A program made the position numbers and the translations under genes. The notes beneath the pieces are model-generated. The model saw nothing but the letters and a program-made list of their open reading frames with translations. It ran no database searches and had not been told where the DNA came from. A DNA stretch of 64,000 bases from the human T2T-CHM13v2.0 reference genome, Homo sapiens. This document shows positions 1 to 14,509 of this stretch, piece after piece (position 1 is the first letter of the stretch; every line of letters begins with the position of its first letter). The stretch lies in NCBI RefSeq assembly GCF_009914755.1, contig NC_060937.1, one strand, 5' to 3'.

Positions 1-1704
1 AAAATTCAGTAAACCTTAGAACATCATTTTCAATTTTATGGCACTGTTTTCTTAAATAATAAGAGAAAAGGGGAAAAAGGAAAAACTGACCCCTGTTCAG
101 CATTTACTTAAGCAGAATTGGCATTAATAGAGTATTCTGTCAAAAATTCAAGCTCAAGAAAATGTATGGCTTTGTCCACAGCAGCAGCTATCTTAGCAGA
201 TTGCACTGTCACTGCTTCACACAAAGCGCATTGCAACACCATTAGTGGACATAAATAATGCACAAGCTCTTATGCAGTACTCAGCTAAGTGCATGGAAAC
301 CTTGGGCTCCTGTTGTCAGAAATTCAATGGATTAGTACCTAGATTTATTTTAAGTCTGTAAAGCACTTTGTTCTTGACAGCGTTCAAAGTAGAAAGAGTG
401 CTATCCTGAATGCGCATCTTAATACTGTCATTCCTGTCTTGTAAAGAGTAGATGATATATGGGCTGCAATATTTCGTTTTAATATTTAAAATTTTCACTG
501 TGCGGATGCAAAGAAATATATTAATAGTTATCTGCTGTAACCTTATTGATCTGGAAAAGAACAAAGATAACCTGTAAAGTTTCACAGTGAAGCTAGTAAA
601 ATGGAGGCATTATAATTACGTTTTAGTAAAACAGATACACAAACTCTAATCTTTATACATCATCTTTGGAAAATATGGAAATTTGGACATCGCCTTTCTT
701 TGTAAGTTAATACTGCGCATATGAAATCATATTTGATGGGAATTTTTAGCACATTTTAATCTAATTAGCAGTATTTACAATTCTGTAATTCCTTCAACTA
801 CATAAGAGTATTGTTTCTTTTTTGAAGGCTAAGTGATTTTACAGTTAACATTTTGCTGAGCAAGAACTATTCTAAAATGTTACTCCAAATTGCTTCCCTA
901 TAACTTCAGAGATTGGGGGCAGTTTCAGCCTGTAGATATGTTCAGGATTTAAGCCTGATAATCTTCCATGCATTGAAAGGATAAAAGACACTCTTGTGTA
1001 AGTTAAAAACAGTTTTCTATTGATATTGGAGATGTAGTAGAAGAATAGAGATATCTCATGTGAAGGTCAATCTTTCTCAATTCTATGAAGACATAAAATC
1101 TTATTTTAAAATAATAACAGTTACCTTTTCACTCAGCCTACATGGTCCATGAATTTCAACACAATTTGTTGAAATGTCACTCAATGAATTAACTATTCAT
1201 TATCAAGCTCTAAGATTCTAAAGTGAAATATGTAACTAATGACTATTTATAATTACATATATTAAGACCATTTATTAGGCTACATGCATGATGTCATGTC
1301 AAATGGTTCATATTTGACCACATCTGACTCTTAAACTAAAATTTGTTTTTTAACACAAGTTTCTCAGGATTGTGAAGACTAATTTCATTCTAATTACAAC
1401 TTTCATTATTGAGTTAAAAATATGCCTATGTTTCATAATTTCAGTAGAAAATTCATCAAACACACTGCTGAGAGGGTTGTGATTTGTTGCTTACAAAGAT
1501 AACATAATAAGAAGGCCAGTAAATACTGTGTTTCAAGACGTATTTAATATACCCTTAAATGAAAGATCATATTCTGGAGAATGACTATGACTTAAGTAAT
1601 TTTATATTAAGGAGTTAAGTTTTCAACTTAGTAAATTTTTTTGCTCCAAAGCAAAGCTCCAAAATTCTTTTGCTTTACACAGCTACTTCAAAAACCAGTA
1701 CATA

Positions 1705-1733
1705 ATTTGCATATTCGGATCAATAGGTGGCGC
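1705..1733 (+). promoter_or_regulatory. CTCF-like motif with adjacent octamer (POU) site
   Basis: TCAATAGGTGGCGC at 1720-1733 resembles the CTCF core CCASYAGRKGGCRS; ATTTGCAT at 1705-1712; 7 CpGs retained in 1716-1976. Confidence 0.45.
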
Positions 1734-2789
1734 TTTTCCCCTTTCTGACAGTCTCGTTTTCAGAATCCTGTTAGAGTCAAACTTATTGTTACAAATCTTC
1801 AATATTACCGATAGAATGCCGAATATTCTAACTAGTAAAAGTTGATTTTTAACTTTTGCAAGCTTATAAGGTTTTAAATTATTGTCAGCTTTTAAAAACT
1901 ATCCTTTGATACATCATCAAATTTCGTTACCAGTGATCATACTCAAAGAGAACTCTCAGTTATTTGTCCTGTAGCGATATTCAGAAATTATCACTCAGTT
2001 TCTTTAATCCTTAAATTATTCCCCACTTATCCTGGTAGAAAACTTCTGGAAAGTAGCATTTTGGAATACCTGATATAGGGTCCCTTCAAATACTGCTATC
2101 ATGATAAACGTACTTTAAGATTTACAGGAAATTTATCAAAAATGAAACATAAATTTATATTATTGCAAAATGCTTTTAGAATACATATTTTAAAATAGTA
2201 AATGTAAGTAGAATATTTCATCAAAAGAAAACAGAATTTTGTATCTGGATTGCTTTTATGAGGATTTATTTATTTACACTGAGTCCTTTTAATTTAACTA
2301 AATCTGAGGATTACAAGCAATCAAAGATCTTTGTAAATGGTAGTTGATAATGTTGTAATTTGAAATATAGATGTATTTATAAAAATATTTTATTTAGAAT
2401 AAATTTATCTAAATTTACACTAAAAAGACATGTCCATAAAATGTTTTCTTCTCACAAAAAGCAGGTAGTCACATTAAACATAGACTGTTTTTTAAGATAA
2501 TGTACTATAGAAACATAGTCTTTGTTTTTGATTATTTAAAAGATGATTACAGCATGAATAGTGGTTTAAAATATAAGCAACATGATCACTTTCTAATTAA
2601 AATGACAGTTTGTATTTTAAAAATATATCTTTATTAAACACAAACATTTGACTACAATAAAGGCATTATTTTAAAGTATAACAAAATTAGGATGGCTATA
2701 GATCTTCACATTTTATATCTATTTTTATGTGTCTCATCTTGTTTCCCCCAGTTTCTTCACTACCTTTTCTTCCTCAGTTTGTTTAGGTA

Positions 2790-2819
2790 TACACACACAC
2801 ACACCCACACACACACACA
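2790..2819. repeat. (CA)n microsatellite, interrupted
   Basis: acacacacacacacccacacacacacac. Confidence 0.95.
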
Positions 2820-4879
2820 TGCATATATATGCAAGCTGTTTGGGGAAAGGAATATATACATACATATTCTGATATGTATATATATATCAGAAACTCTTAT
2901 GTTAGAAAATATTTTGTCAAGTGTATAACAAGTCAGAAAACTACAAAAAAGTTACACAAATTCTTTATTTGAAATAGGACGACATTTCTTACATCATAAA
3001 GCCAAATAAATACATTATATGAATTGTATGACACAATTGAAAGAGCTACATTTTTCAGAACATACAATGTTATTGCATTCTTCCAACCATAGCAAGAAAA
3101 ATCAAATTTTACAACAAAAATGAGACTTATACAAGATTAGCTTAAATTTCCTCCTCCGAAGAAACATTATCATGTAAGTGACTGAACATTGTTGTGTATT
3201 TTGGTATCTTCTCAGTGGTATTGATTCCCTCCTAAGCATGACCGTTCCTGGAAACCTATGAGCAACTGTGAGTGAGGATCCAACCACTTCCCCTATCACT
3301 CACAATAATAGTGTTTGTTTGGTTACTCTAGAATTCCCTCACCTCTCTATGCTTCATCCCTTCTACTCCAAGGTAGACTTAAATAATATGAAGAAAGTTT
3401 ATGTTTGCTTTCTTCTAGAAATTAAAGATTTTTTCCAGAAGAAATTATATTATGGAATTAATGATGCAAGAAGTTGCGTTGATATGAGGTACTACCTTTT
3501 AGGCATTTTAATTAAGCTTTCTATACTTTGAAGCTGTTTGGGGAGAGGAACATACTGCATTATTTTTTAATGCAAACCTTTGGGAGGTTCATGATACAGA
3601 GGCTAGACTTTAAAGAGCATTGCTCTTTATGTAATTCTGGGTTGTGCTTATATAGAGCTTGACATTATTAGACGACACTAAAAGATAAAATACAAATTCT
3701 ATACCCTCCAAATTTAAAAGGATCACTGTAACTCTGATAAATGTCAAGTATCAATAGTAGTACGCTTAAACAGTCCTGAAGAGACAAAAACTGATATGAT
3801 AGGCACAGCCCTGCATTATTGAGACAGCAATGATAAAGAACAACACTTAAGAGATTTTACTAACAGTTTAAGAGTTCTGGCACGGTATAGCCTGTGTATA
3901 ATGAGGCTTCTAAACGTTCAGCTCACAGAACTAGCGTTTGTGGAGATAAAATACTTTACAAACTCTGTTTCATTAATCTTTACAATATCTCTGTGAAGAA
4001 TTATGAACACCAATCAACAGATTACAGAGTGACAGCAGTAAAATATTGGATGAATTGCCAATCCTCTCAAAGAGAGCCCTGAAGATTCTCCTTACAATGA
4101 AGTTATTTGTTTTCCTTTTTAAAATACCAGTCCTCTAAGACCAAGTTAATATGTTAAACCCTACAAAGAACCAATATGTTTTGCTTTGTTGGGAAGAAAA
4201 AAAAAGTGACTTCTCGATAGAGAAGGCCTGAAATCACAACATTTTGAATTCAATAATAGGTTAAACCAATATTTCAATGCCAAATTACATGAATATACAA
4301 AAGCAAATCTTCTGAAAAATGTACTGTGTATTATGTGACTCTTTTCAAGGCCTAGTCTAGTGTCCATATTAATGCCAGATAAGAATTTCAATCTTGCAGT
4401 AAATTAGTCTAATCATATTATTAAATAACCCATTCAAGTGATTTTAACAGCACATTGTTTGCATTGTATTATTAACAGCCCTTCAAAGGGCAGACAACAT
4501 CATCACCATCAATAAATAGCTATTGACCACTTACTGTGTATAGCTTGAATTTTTGAAAGATCATATTGTTTCCAATTTGTTAAGCTAATCTTTTATAGAA
4601 TTTTTTCATGTTAACAAATGAAATTCATTTCATATCCATATGGCAAAAATTAGTCCAGGGCTTCTAAAAAATTTAGAAACCATTTTAACAATTGGATTTT
4701 ATAATGTATTCAATGGTTTATGAAAACAATGAATATAGAAAGGAAATTATAGAAGCATTCAAGAGCTATGTAATAGCACCAATATCTGCTAAGTTGTAAA
4801 AGAGATATAAATTCTCCCATTTCTCCCCACCAATGTCCATACAATTAAAAGCATAAGTTATTCTGCTGTATGTATTGGT

Positions 4880-5475
4880 TCTGCCAATTCTGTCCATTTA
4901 CCACTGCTGCATCCCCCGGCCCCTGTAAACAGCATCATTGTGTACAGTTTTACAGGTTTTAATTGTACAACTCTTTAGGAGACCATACACTTTGCAGTCT
5001 AGGAGAATGGCACCACCTAGAGGTGTGCAGTACACAAACTGCACAATCAGACATACACACCAAGTCACCATCACCTCTCATCTGAACTACTCCAATAGTT
5101 TCTTATTTTACCTGCTTCCTCTGATCATTGTCTACTGATCCTTTAAAAATGTACAACGCACCATGATATTTTTCTATGTATAACCCTTCCATAGCTTTCC
5201 ATTGCATTTCAAATACAATTAAAGTATCTTATCTTTTCAATAACTGTTTTTCTACTTAAAGTTCACTTTTTATGGTTAACCCTTTCATCCAAAATAACTC
5301 AAATGACACCTCATCAAAGAAGCCTTCTCCAACCACCCATTTTAAATGAGCAACTTTATTTCCTTCTATCCCTTTGTTCCATGTCTTGACAACTGATTAA
5401 TTTTCTTTATGGCACTTCTTAAAATTGACAGCAAGTCTTATATTTGTTTACTTTTTTGTTATGAGTGAATGAATA
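4880..5475 (+). mobile_element. L2 LINE fragment interrupted by MER91
   Basis: L2-like caagtcaccatcacctctcatctgaactactccaatag, tcaaatgacacctcatcaaagaagccttctcc, and a gagtgaatgaa tail. Confidence 0.65.
4930..5062. mobile_element. MER91C/B-like palindromic MITE (hAT-Tip100)
   Basis: Degenerate inverted arms ttgtacaactc...gaatggcaccacctagaggtgtgcagtacacaaactgcacaa match the recalled MER91C consensus. Confidence 0.7.
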
Positions 5476-5699
5476 CAAAATTTAAACTTATGAATATTAT
5501 TTTTTGTGCTTTACCAACATATATCATAATTTTATTTGGTTGATTGATAAGCTTTGTTTCCACTGAAGAAGATACTACATAATTGAATTATTATCATTAT
5601 AAGGACTGGATGAATAAGAAAGAAAAAAAGAATGACCAGATGAAAACATGTAGTAATGTAATTGCCCTTTCAATATACCATGAAGCATTCATTGATTTT

Positions 5700-5787
5700 C
5701 TCAGGGCTTCAGTTTTCTTATCTGCAAAATGAGGAAGTTAGAGTACATATTCACTTTTTCCACTTCTGAAACTCAACGATTCTATGA
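5700..5787 (+). mobile_element. MIR3/MIRc fragment
   Basis: Core cttcagttttcttatctgcaaaatgagg and 3' gattctatga. Confidence 0.7.
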
Positions 5788-6094
5788 TCTCAGGCAAATA
5801 TTTTCACTTTTTGTAACCCAGTTTCCTCACAGATCTAATATAGATAACTGTTCTGCCACTCACATACCAATGGCAAAGAGAGAAACTGATAAATGTAAAA
5901 TGATTGGCATACACTAAATTGTCATAGAAGCATACTGAGCTACTAATGTTATTCTTCTGGATATGTACAAATCAAGCCACAGTGAAAGTCATTCCATTAA
6001 TGTTAGTGAAACTTTCATTTGATTAGTCTATCAAAGTGTAGAGAATGTTTTCCTATTTACTATTTTTTATATAGCTTCCCACATTCTATGTACC

Positions 6095-6245
6095 ACACAG
6101 TAAGTGTTATTATCCCCATGTGACAATTATAAAAACTGAGGTTCAGAGATGTTAATTTCCTTCCTGAAGTCACCTACATCGTAAGATTTTGGGTGGCAAC
6201 TTTAACTCAAGAAGATTTTGAGCCCATATCTACAAATCTTCCTAT
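6095..6245 (-). mobile_element. MIR fragment
   Basis: attatccccat...aaactgaggttcagagatgttaa...aagtcac. Confidence 0.75.
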
Positions 6246-7153
6246 TATATTAATGTTAAACTTCTAAGCAGCAAAACAATTGATTCTTTCACATGGCCAT
6301 ATTAAAAATACAGAAAAAGTATGGCCTTTTATCCTCAACCTACACGGAATGCATCAGTCCTTTATTATAAAGAACGCAGTGATACTATGGTCTTACAAAA
6401 TAAAGGTAACCATGTAATAAATCTTGAATACATGACTGAATATGGACCACAACGAGAGAGATGAATCTTTAAGGTAACTTATTTTTGAAAAACTATCAAT
6501 TGCTGAAGTAGTCTTCATTTTAATAAAGTTACAGAATTATACTTAACATAAAAAATGCACATAGCATATTCTGCCAATTACTTAATCTCATTTTAAAAAA
6601 TAGTTCTGTGTATTTGACACCTGTCAAAAACTTAGTTGACAGACTTCTTTATTCAATATATTACATCTTCTAGGAATCTAATCAATGTGTCCAATTTACT
6701 ATTCATAATTTGCATTGCATACTTATGGCTTTATTCCATATTTATCTTCCATTTTCTCATCACCAACTTTCAGTGTTCAATAGAAGTATAAATGGGAATC
6801 ATGTTATTACTCCAACTATACATTTGTGTATACAACAATGAATTTATTAATTCACACTAAATTGGAAATAAAAAACTAAGAAAATTGTGTTAAATTTGAA
6901 ACAATCAAATTGAAAAGAAAGATGTATGTAGTTTTACTGTAAATATTGTGCTAATAATTGTGCAAATTTGCCACAAAATCTGCCCTAAATAAGAAAAAGA
7001 GCCTTTATAATAATAAGAGCTGACAAATACGGTTTCTTATCAGAGGCAGCTACATAAACTGTGGGCTCCTATGCAAAATGAATATGCCTAGCTTCTTATT
7101 CAAAAAGCAGCAAGGAAGTATTATTAAAGGTATGTATTAAACTTATTTTCTGG

Positions 7154-7831
<678 letters not shown>

Positions 7832-8907
7832 TCATGGTGTTTTATTATTATTATTATTATTATTTACTATTTAATTGTTCTAAGGAAAAAAGCAATTAAA
7901 AATTTAAATTATTAACATGGATTTTACCTTTCATCTTTATATTGTTCAATGAGAGTTTAAAATGAAAATATCAGAGTATTTGTATGCTGAATTATTGAAA
8001 TGACACAATTCTTTTTCTTAGTCCATGGCTGGAGGTTGTTGCCTCATACTGAGCAACAGAGACAAACACAAGCCAGATTCAAGAGGGTTTAGAAGAGAAA
8101 GAGAGGCTCTTCCCAGATAAAGAACCAGAAAGTACTCCTGGCATGGATATATTCCCTAGGTGGTTGCAGATCTGCATAGGCCCATGGGCCCATGCCATAA
8201 AACATCCAGCCTTAAATATCCTCCAACCAGTCGCTGGTCTCATCAGCTGTACCTAGGCTCAGAAATAAATCTGAGGGTGTAGAACCAGCCCTTTTCTCTT
8301 CCCACAGGTCTGCCGCCTCAACCTAGGGCAGATAGGCAAGCCTAAAGCATCTTTCAAATTCTGAGCTGCAAGTGATCCATTGAATTGGTCGGGCTAGGAG
8401 AGAGGCCAGTCCTTGCCCTGACGTGGCTTCCAGGCAGACGACCAGATACACCGTGGTGCTGCCAGCCTGGAGGGGTGGCCACGGCCCTTCCCCAGGCATC
8501 CTGATGCAGCCTGGCTCACGTGCCTGACGTGGACCCTCACTATGCCCACCCTCAGACAACTTGAAGGAAAAGGGGACCCCTAGTAGTTCTGGGGTGGGGA
8601 CAGGGAGAGGGAGGAGGCTAGTCAGGGTTTTCATTCTAGGCGTGGAAGAAGCAAGAGACCAAGGACCCATCTCTGGAAATGGGAAAGAGGCCGATTGTAC
8701 CTCAGTAGAGGCTCTAGTGCCCATCCTTGTTGCTCTTTCATCCTGCTTCATGTACAAAGCACAAATTCAAAGAGAAAAATATTAAGCATTTCAAGACATG
8801 ACTAGAGAGCATAAAACTCCAAGCGTGAATCTCTTTTTAGTGATTGTACTGTTGTTTAATGCCTATGAAGTAGTCTTGGTTCTTAGTATCTGGAGTCACT
8901 GTTCTAG

Positions 8908-9000
8908 GTAGGTAGATACTATTATCCCCATAGAACCAAGAAACCATAACACAGAGAGGCTTAGTAACTGACTCAATGTCCCACCACTAGTAGCCAGTGA
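8908..9000 (-). mobile_element. MIR fragment
   Basis: tattatcccca...acagagaggcttagtaactgactcaatgtc. Confidence 0.65.
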
Positions 9001-9253
9001 TCTTAGAAGATTATTTTCATCTTAAGTATGAACAATAACTATGCACTTGAATTATTACATTATTTAGCCTAAATATATTTAACAAATCTTTTTCAATCTG
9101 TAGTATATTACTTGTGCACACACATAGTAATATATGTAAATATATATACACACAGTCAAACTGTTTTCTCCTTGAGTATAAATTTATATACAAATATGGA
9201 CATATATAGCCTACAAGTACAGGAATACGTGTATGCTTATATAAACACTTGTT

Positions 9254-9255
<2 letters not shown>

Positions 9256-9288
<33 letters not shown>
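9256..9288. repeat. (CA)~16 microsatellite
   Basis: Perfect AC run. Confidence 0.97.
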
Positions 9289-9291
<3 letters not shown>

Positions 9292-11199
9292 ATATGAATT
9301 TGTTGGCTAATTTTGAAGTCAATGTAAATTTTATTCTTGTCTATTTTATTTTTAATAAGTTAACTGGAAACATTATTTAGAAGTTTCAGAAAAGAATATT
9401 TTATTTCAAAGAAGCCGTTTTATTTTAATATTTTATCAATACTCATACTTTTCTATTGCAACTATATAATATAATAATTAAATTTAAAGTTTTACATGTT
9501 TAAATATGTAAGCTTCTGTTATTTTTCTCCGTGATAATTTAATATTACATAATTTTCACACTGCTATTTTTCAGGAGCTGGTAAAGTTGGACATACATAT
9601 GTTGTTAAAATATATCTAATCTCACCAAAGTTATAGAATGCATTTATTCATTTTATAAAGTTAAAAATTCTTAACAGATCTGCATGATAGGGAAGTCATA
9701 TAAAATATTATTTTAGTTATGATTCATACTTGGAACATAATTCAATGATACATATTTTAATAGCTTTTTTACCAGGATAAAAATCAAGGCTTCAAAGAAA
9801 AAGATCCAATGATTTAAGATTTAAGAACTGCAATTTATATTATTATACCTAAAAGGTACACTTGGAAACCTATGAAACTGTAGAAAATCCACACTTGGAT
9901 GTGGAATGAATTAAAGTAGTGTCTCCAGTGTGAGAACTGATTTTCATAATAGCTGGAGGCACAAAAACCATATTTAATATTTCTGTAAAAAACAACTCCA
10001 CCACCAACATGTAGTTTTTGCTTTTCTGCAACATTGCCGTCATCTACTAAACATGTCCTGCCATAGATTTGTTGTTGCAGTTCCCAGTTAAGTATACGCT
10101 TTATTTTTGTAAATGAATTGTTTTGGGGGAATTCCTAATGGAATTCAGACTTGTACTGAATAACGTATCTGAGAATCTGTGCTATTTCTACATTACAATA
10201 CATACTGTCATGTCTAATTGCTTAATTATATTCTGACAGAACAGAACGCAGAGAGGGACAAGACCTGTTCAGCACAACCCTGCTAATGTCAGGAATCTCG
10301 TTTAGAAGTTAACATAATCCTTCAATTCTTCAAGAGTGAAGAGTGTTCTGCTGATAAAGACTAAAGAAAATTTAATACAATTTGCATGTGGATATGTGTT
10401 GCTGATACAGGACATTTGCCAAAAAAAAAAAAAATGATTAAAATGTGAGAAGTCCCATTTTTCAAAGAGAAAGAAAATGCATGAGTTTCAGCCTAAACAA
10501 AGTAATTCTGTCATTCTACTATATGTGTTTCAATTATAAAAATGCAGACAAATTTTATCATGTTTAAAAACTGGTGTCAGGTGTCTTGAGGAAATGATAC
10601 AAATAGAATTTAAATTTAATAAAAGATAATACTAAAACAAACAGCTAATTTGGGAGGAATAAATCAACAAATCACTAGGAAACTATTACATTTTAAAATA
10701 ATTTGAGGTTCTGTTCATTTTTCTCTTCAATGTTAAAATGATGCATATATTTGAAACATCTTTGTGGTTTTTTCTCCCCCCGATTAAACTTTGAAAATCT
10801 CTATCAGTCAAGAAATTCATCTCTTGCTTGTTGCTATATTCACCTGTTTTGATGGATAATACCCTATGTCATTTGCTACCAAGCCTTTGCAACTTTAGTT
10901 CTCCTTCTAATTCTTCAAAGTTTTCTTTAATACTCGTGTCAAGAATATCTTCAACGTAGGAATGTAGTTACAATCTTTGGCAAATACTTTGTCGGAAATA
11001 ATTTGCCTGATTTTCTGCGAGAAAAAGTGGTAGTGAGGACAAATGCTTAGTCTCCAGATTGAAAAAAAAATGTCCATGCTTACTAGGGATGAGTTTGTGC
11101 ATATGTGGCCATCTTCTTTTATTTTTCTGAAGCTATCCTTACATATAAAAGAGGAAAAGCTACTTTTAGGATTACCAAGAGATGAACTAGCACTTTACT

Positions 11200-11375
11200 A
11201 ATGATATTTATTCTCCCTACACCACAATGTGATGTACATATCATTATTATCCCCATTGTACACGTGCAAACACAGCTTTAAAAAGCTTAAGCTAATTGTC
11301 CAAGGATGCATAGCTACTAAGTGAAGAAGCAAGAGCTAAAATCAAAATGTGTCTGATTTCCAAATGCCTGATTTC
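11200..11375 (-). mobile_element. MIR fragment
   Basis: attattatccccattgtaca...ttgtccaaggatgcatagctactaagtg...gtctgatttcc. Confidence 0.7.
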
Positions 11376-14300
11376 AAAATTCACTTTTAAACCGTTTAGT
11401 GCTTTATCATTTCTCTTTATTTTCTACCATTCTGCTTCTCTTCTAGACAGATTTATAACAGCCATTTTAGGTAGATACCATTTAAGGTAGATACTCATTT
11501 CTTCTCGGGTGATTTTTCTTCCCTACATTTTTTTTTAACCTGGATTTCTCACCCTCCGTTATTCCAAATGATAAATATTTCTTTAACTCCATAGACATTT
11601 CTCTTCATAAATAAAGGTATTACCTTTATCCTGTTCTTGTCATTGCCATATAGTGTCACATGTAAAGAACACATGTATAAGAACACACACACAATCACAC
11701 ATAAGAATGCCTATATAAAATATACATGTACTTATGTTTTATTTATTTACTTTTTTTGTATATTTTATACTTATGTACGTAGGTATACGTATGCTTACTT
11801 ATACATGCATACACAGTAGAAAGCCCTTAAAACAAAAGTTTTTAAGTGTTTCTTCTTACATTTTGAATCATTGCTGATTACCAATGTGACCTGTATCCCT
11901 GAGAATATTTCGACTTTTGTCTGTTTTTAATCTGTGTAGTCTCTGTTTCAGAATTAGTAGTGAAAACTATTGAATATTTGCTATTATTTCTACAGTGGTA
12001 AATAATTAAATAAAATATTAATGGCCTTTAACAGTAAAGGCAGTTTGCCAAAACTCAATTATTTGACAAAAATTTTCAATATTCACAAAAATCCTGTTTA
12101 AATAATTTTGGATTCCAAAGTGTATCCTTGTTTTTATTTACAAACAAATATTTATTAAATCAATGACATGTGTTCAACTTTATTAAAACATAGGTAAAGC
12201 TATCTTTAACCTAGAAAACCCCATTTTATAGGACCCAAAACATGTGGTACAACAATGATGCTTGAATTGTAAGTATATTTATGAATACTATGTGCTTTTA
12301 TATCCCTCTATAAATGGAATTATTTGAAAAGCTTTATAAACTGGTTTTACCATGGTGTATATCTTAGTTCTCTTATCATCTCTGCTGAAAGAAATTAGCC
12401 TATATTAATCAAATGAATTTTTTCTCAAAAGTAAAATGATGCATATTTTTGAATTATTAATATGTTTCTTAGAAAATATGGTTGTGTCATCTCACTTGGT
12501 AAGATTAGGACAAAGCTATCACTACTAATTCTGATGTTTCAGCAATAAGTTTAGCAGCTAATTGCACAACCAGCTTTTCTAATTCACCGGTGTTGAACAA
12601 TTGAAAGAACACACATTTTATACTTTTTAATCTTTCTAAAAAGATATTTATGGCATTGATAGATTTATGAGTGCTTTATTTAATATTAAGGTGTGGAGCT
12701 ACTATAGGGCTATTGGCTCTAGATCTTTACTGATATTTTTAAATATAAATATTTCCCGGTTCAATAAGAAGAAAATATATTTTCCTTTACCTTAAGTCAC
12801 ATTTTGTCTTGATGAATGTGTTCTTCATGATTTATTCTAAAACATTTAGAATACTTGATAATAAATATTGAATATTATATGTTATGAACTAAAAAAGCAA
12901 TGCATTATTTAGTATTGTTAAACTAATTAAATGGCAAGAAGTTTAAAGTCAGGTTCTACCTACACATTCATTTTAAATTAGAATTGTAATATATCAAAAT
13001 AGACCTGAGTAGTTAAATTCAATTAATAATTTAAAAACGTGCATATAGAAAAAGTAAGAAATGACATTCTCTGTATGGAGTACTCAATCTACCTAAGGAC
13101 ATTGATAAGGGAAGGGGTACTGATACACTGGAGATGCTATTTGAGTGAGAATATACATTATCAATGTCTGGTAATAAACGTATCTTCCAAGATACATTTT
13201 AGAGCCTGTTTTTGAAGTAATAGTTCTATTTTTAAATTGTTCCCGTAGTGACATAAAAATTAGCATGCAGGATTATAATACTGTAGTACACTATCATAAT
13301 GCAATAATACATTTATTCTTTTTTGAAATACATTACTTGCTAATTTCATACTTAGCAACAACCATACAACATAGTTGTAATATTGTACCTATTGTGCTAT
13401 TACTGTTATCATTAGGAGATTTCTATGGACTATACAAAAGCAACATAGGAGAAAGTAAAAAGTTGACAAAAACTAATTTGTGTAAATATAAAATTACTGT
13501 GATTTGTTATATGAGTATATTTCTATGTAGAACAGGAGAGTTTTCATAGCTCCTTTCCTTTGCCATCTCTTTGGAAAAGAAGGTAACATTGGCACCCATT
13601 TATTGAGTTCCAAAGAAGAGAGTTTCGGGACACAAGTTAGAATCTTCTTTTCGTGTAAAATCAACTTAGGTCCCCATGTTTCATTGCACCAAAAAGCTGG
13701 CTGCCTAACTCCAGGAAGATTTAAAAAGACAAACGTTCAGTTCATCAATTGACTACCTACTGCTATTTAGGTGACCAATACTGAAAACAACTGAGGAATT
13801 TAGCCCAGAAATGGTAAGGATATAGTTCATTTTGTTTGATTTTTAAATTTACTTTTGCTGTTATAGGAGCTTATATGCTTATTATTTTTCAGGGAATTCT
13901 CAGCTACCTAGGGGCATAAAAGAAGCATTGTAAAAGAATCTAAACACTGACAGGAGATGTCACACTGAAAACAATTTGAAACCTGGGTTACCTATACCGA
14001 GAAAACCTTTGAAATCTGATAAAAATAGAAAAACAAAAACCCTTTGATTTTGTTCATTTCTACGTTTATTTTAAGAAACCAAAATGTCTCCACAATTTGA
14101 ATACTCAGAAGAACGAATAACTATATCTCAGTTAATAGTTTACATAAATTGTTTACAACTTAATAAGCAGAAAGAGGTCTACAAAGATAGGGATAACTCT
14201 GGATACTAATTTAAGTGAAAAGTAGAGGAAAGAGCTGGTGATGTTTAAGCCATCAAACTAAAAATATGTTCACAGTTTCAAACAAATAAAGATACAACAT

Positions 14301-14509
14301 ACATGATTAATTAAATATAATTTCTGCAGCTTCAGAAAACATTAAAAAAAGTATGAAAGTTCAAAAAAAAAACCATGAAATTTAGAGCCATTAAAAACTA
14401 GGATGGAAAACTAGTATTTTTCACATTTTTGCATAGTCAGGACTTTCTGAGCAAAGGACTACATCCAGCACCTAGACTAAGGATGATTTAATGGCAAGCA
14501 TGTCTTAAA

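Noticed and set aside
8323-8785. 144-aa and 74-aa ORFs in a GC-rich island
   Set aside because: They lie inside the MER45 element; the GC content reflects the repeat. No domain similarity, and too few CpGs for a CpG island promoter.
11462-11494. 16-bp near-tandem duplication (similar ones at about 48321 and 57969)
   Set aside because: Ordinary replication slippage with no sign of function.
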